Source of the DNA: Stegostoma tigrinum
Lineage: Eukaryota
Reading direction: 5' to 3'
DNA length: 64,000 bases
Assembly: GCF_030684315.1 (NCBI RefSeq)
Contig: NC_081370.1
Coordinates: forward strand, 10,237,148-10,301,147
The notes beneath the pieces are model-generated. The model was not told where the DNA came from. It did not search any database and saw only the letters and a program-made list of their open reading frames with translations. This document shows, one piece after another, positions 62,850 to 64,000 of the stretch; the first letter of the stretch is position 1; each line of letters opens with the position of its first letter. Made by a program: the position numbers and the translations under genes.

Positions 62850-64000
62850 TGAGGAGAGTGAAAACTGTTAAAAAAATAAGTTCCGGCATGTCTTATTGTT
62901 GTCTTTCTATTGCCAGGTATCATGGACCTGATGGTATGGGACAAAGACAGAAATATTTTCTTGCCATGTTTGGTAGATTAGTCTCTCTACATTGATAACT
63001 AGTAAGGACAAAACAATTGTTATCAATAAAATCAGAGAGACATGGTTAGGAACTAGGTGTGGGGCACGAATGAAGTTTATTCAACTGATAATAGAGGGAT
63101 ATTTGAGTGATAAGCTCAGAATGTTATGGTAGGGATTGGACCAATGCATTGTCTTTCCATAGCCCAATTACTCCATAACCTAAAACATACTAATGGACTC
63201 ATATACAATCTCTCTCTCCAGAGAATCACTTTGGGCTGGGAGGGTAAAAAAAATCTTTTTGGCAATATATTTGATATCCAAGGGCAAAAACTATAAGGTT
63301 CAAGATGTCAGATCACTGTCAACTTAATGTGTGTAGGTGGATACCACCAAGCATAGGCAGTTATCTCTGGGATCTTGGTAGCAACAGCTTTCTCAGGAAC
63401 AGACTGTTTCAAAAAGCCTTCCAGTCTTCAAGAGGATAGTCTTGTTTTACACTGGATTCACAACAAACATGCTTCAGAAATGGGAGACACAAGCCTTTTC
63501 CTTAGAAGGCCTACCCCAAATGAAAAGTTCTCTTATGTGGGAAACAGAACAGTTCCTTGATAATATGAGCATTCATGTCACACACAAATTATAGTTTAGA
63601 ATAGCCCTTGATAAAGTAGGTCATGGAGGGCTCCAACAAACAGGGCCATGGAATATGTGGACCCTTGATGTTCTGATAATGTCACACAAGCCCTACCATA
63701 AAAATATGACAGTAAATTGTAACTGCAGTCAGATTGCTGAAACTTTGTCCTCCAACACCCTCACCCCTATATCAACCAAGATTACATTACACAGAAGTTC
63801 ATGTTGACAAATACTTCCAGTTTTAAGGTGGGACATGGATTCTTGACATGGATGTCTGAGGTCCATTTGAAATGCCGGTGACAAGGTCAAAGTTGCTTGT
63901 GACCAGGATTTGTATTCCATGTAGTTGATGGCTGCTTGTGTTTGACACAAAGAATTTACTGATTTCCAGCTATTTGAAACTTGTACTGTGTAACAACCTG

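Noticed and set aside
62870-64000. Possible L1-like ORF2 relic on the minus strand
   Set aside because: Only vague motif hints; too degenerate to call without a profile search.

Overview
Eukaryotic, repeat-rich genomic DNA, most likely from a shark or other cartilaginous fish (inferred from HE1/V-SINE-type SINEs, abundant CR1 LINEs and Penelope elements). The only host gene is an internal part of a gel-forming mucin on the + strand that best matches MUC6. Ten GT-AG exons between 2597 and 55885 splice into one stop-free frame (1472 nt, about 490 codons) covering C8, TIL/E and the third VWD domain. The start and end of the gene lie outside the window. The introns are packed with CR1, L2 and Rex/Babar LINE relics, tRNA-derived SINEs, Harbinger relics, a decayed Gypsy pol, and a young 5'-truncated Neptune-type Penelope element (intact GIY-YIG ORF) nested in the Gypsy. 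The most striking signal is 14 short copies of that Penelope's 3' terminus, which carries a minimal hammerhead ribozyme (CTGAnGA-A-stemII-GAAACGTC). Many are fold-back palindromes with 12-16 bp target-site duplications, and several start at or next to the predicted ribozyme cleavage site. Repeat boundaries and family calls were made by eye and are approximate.
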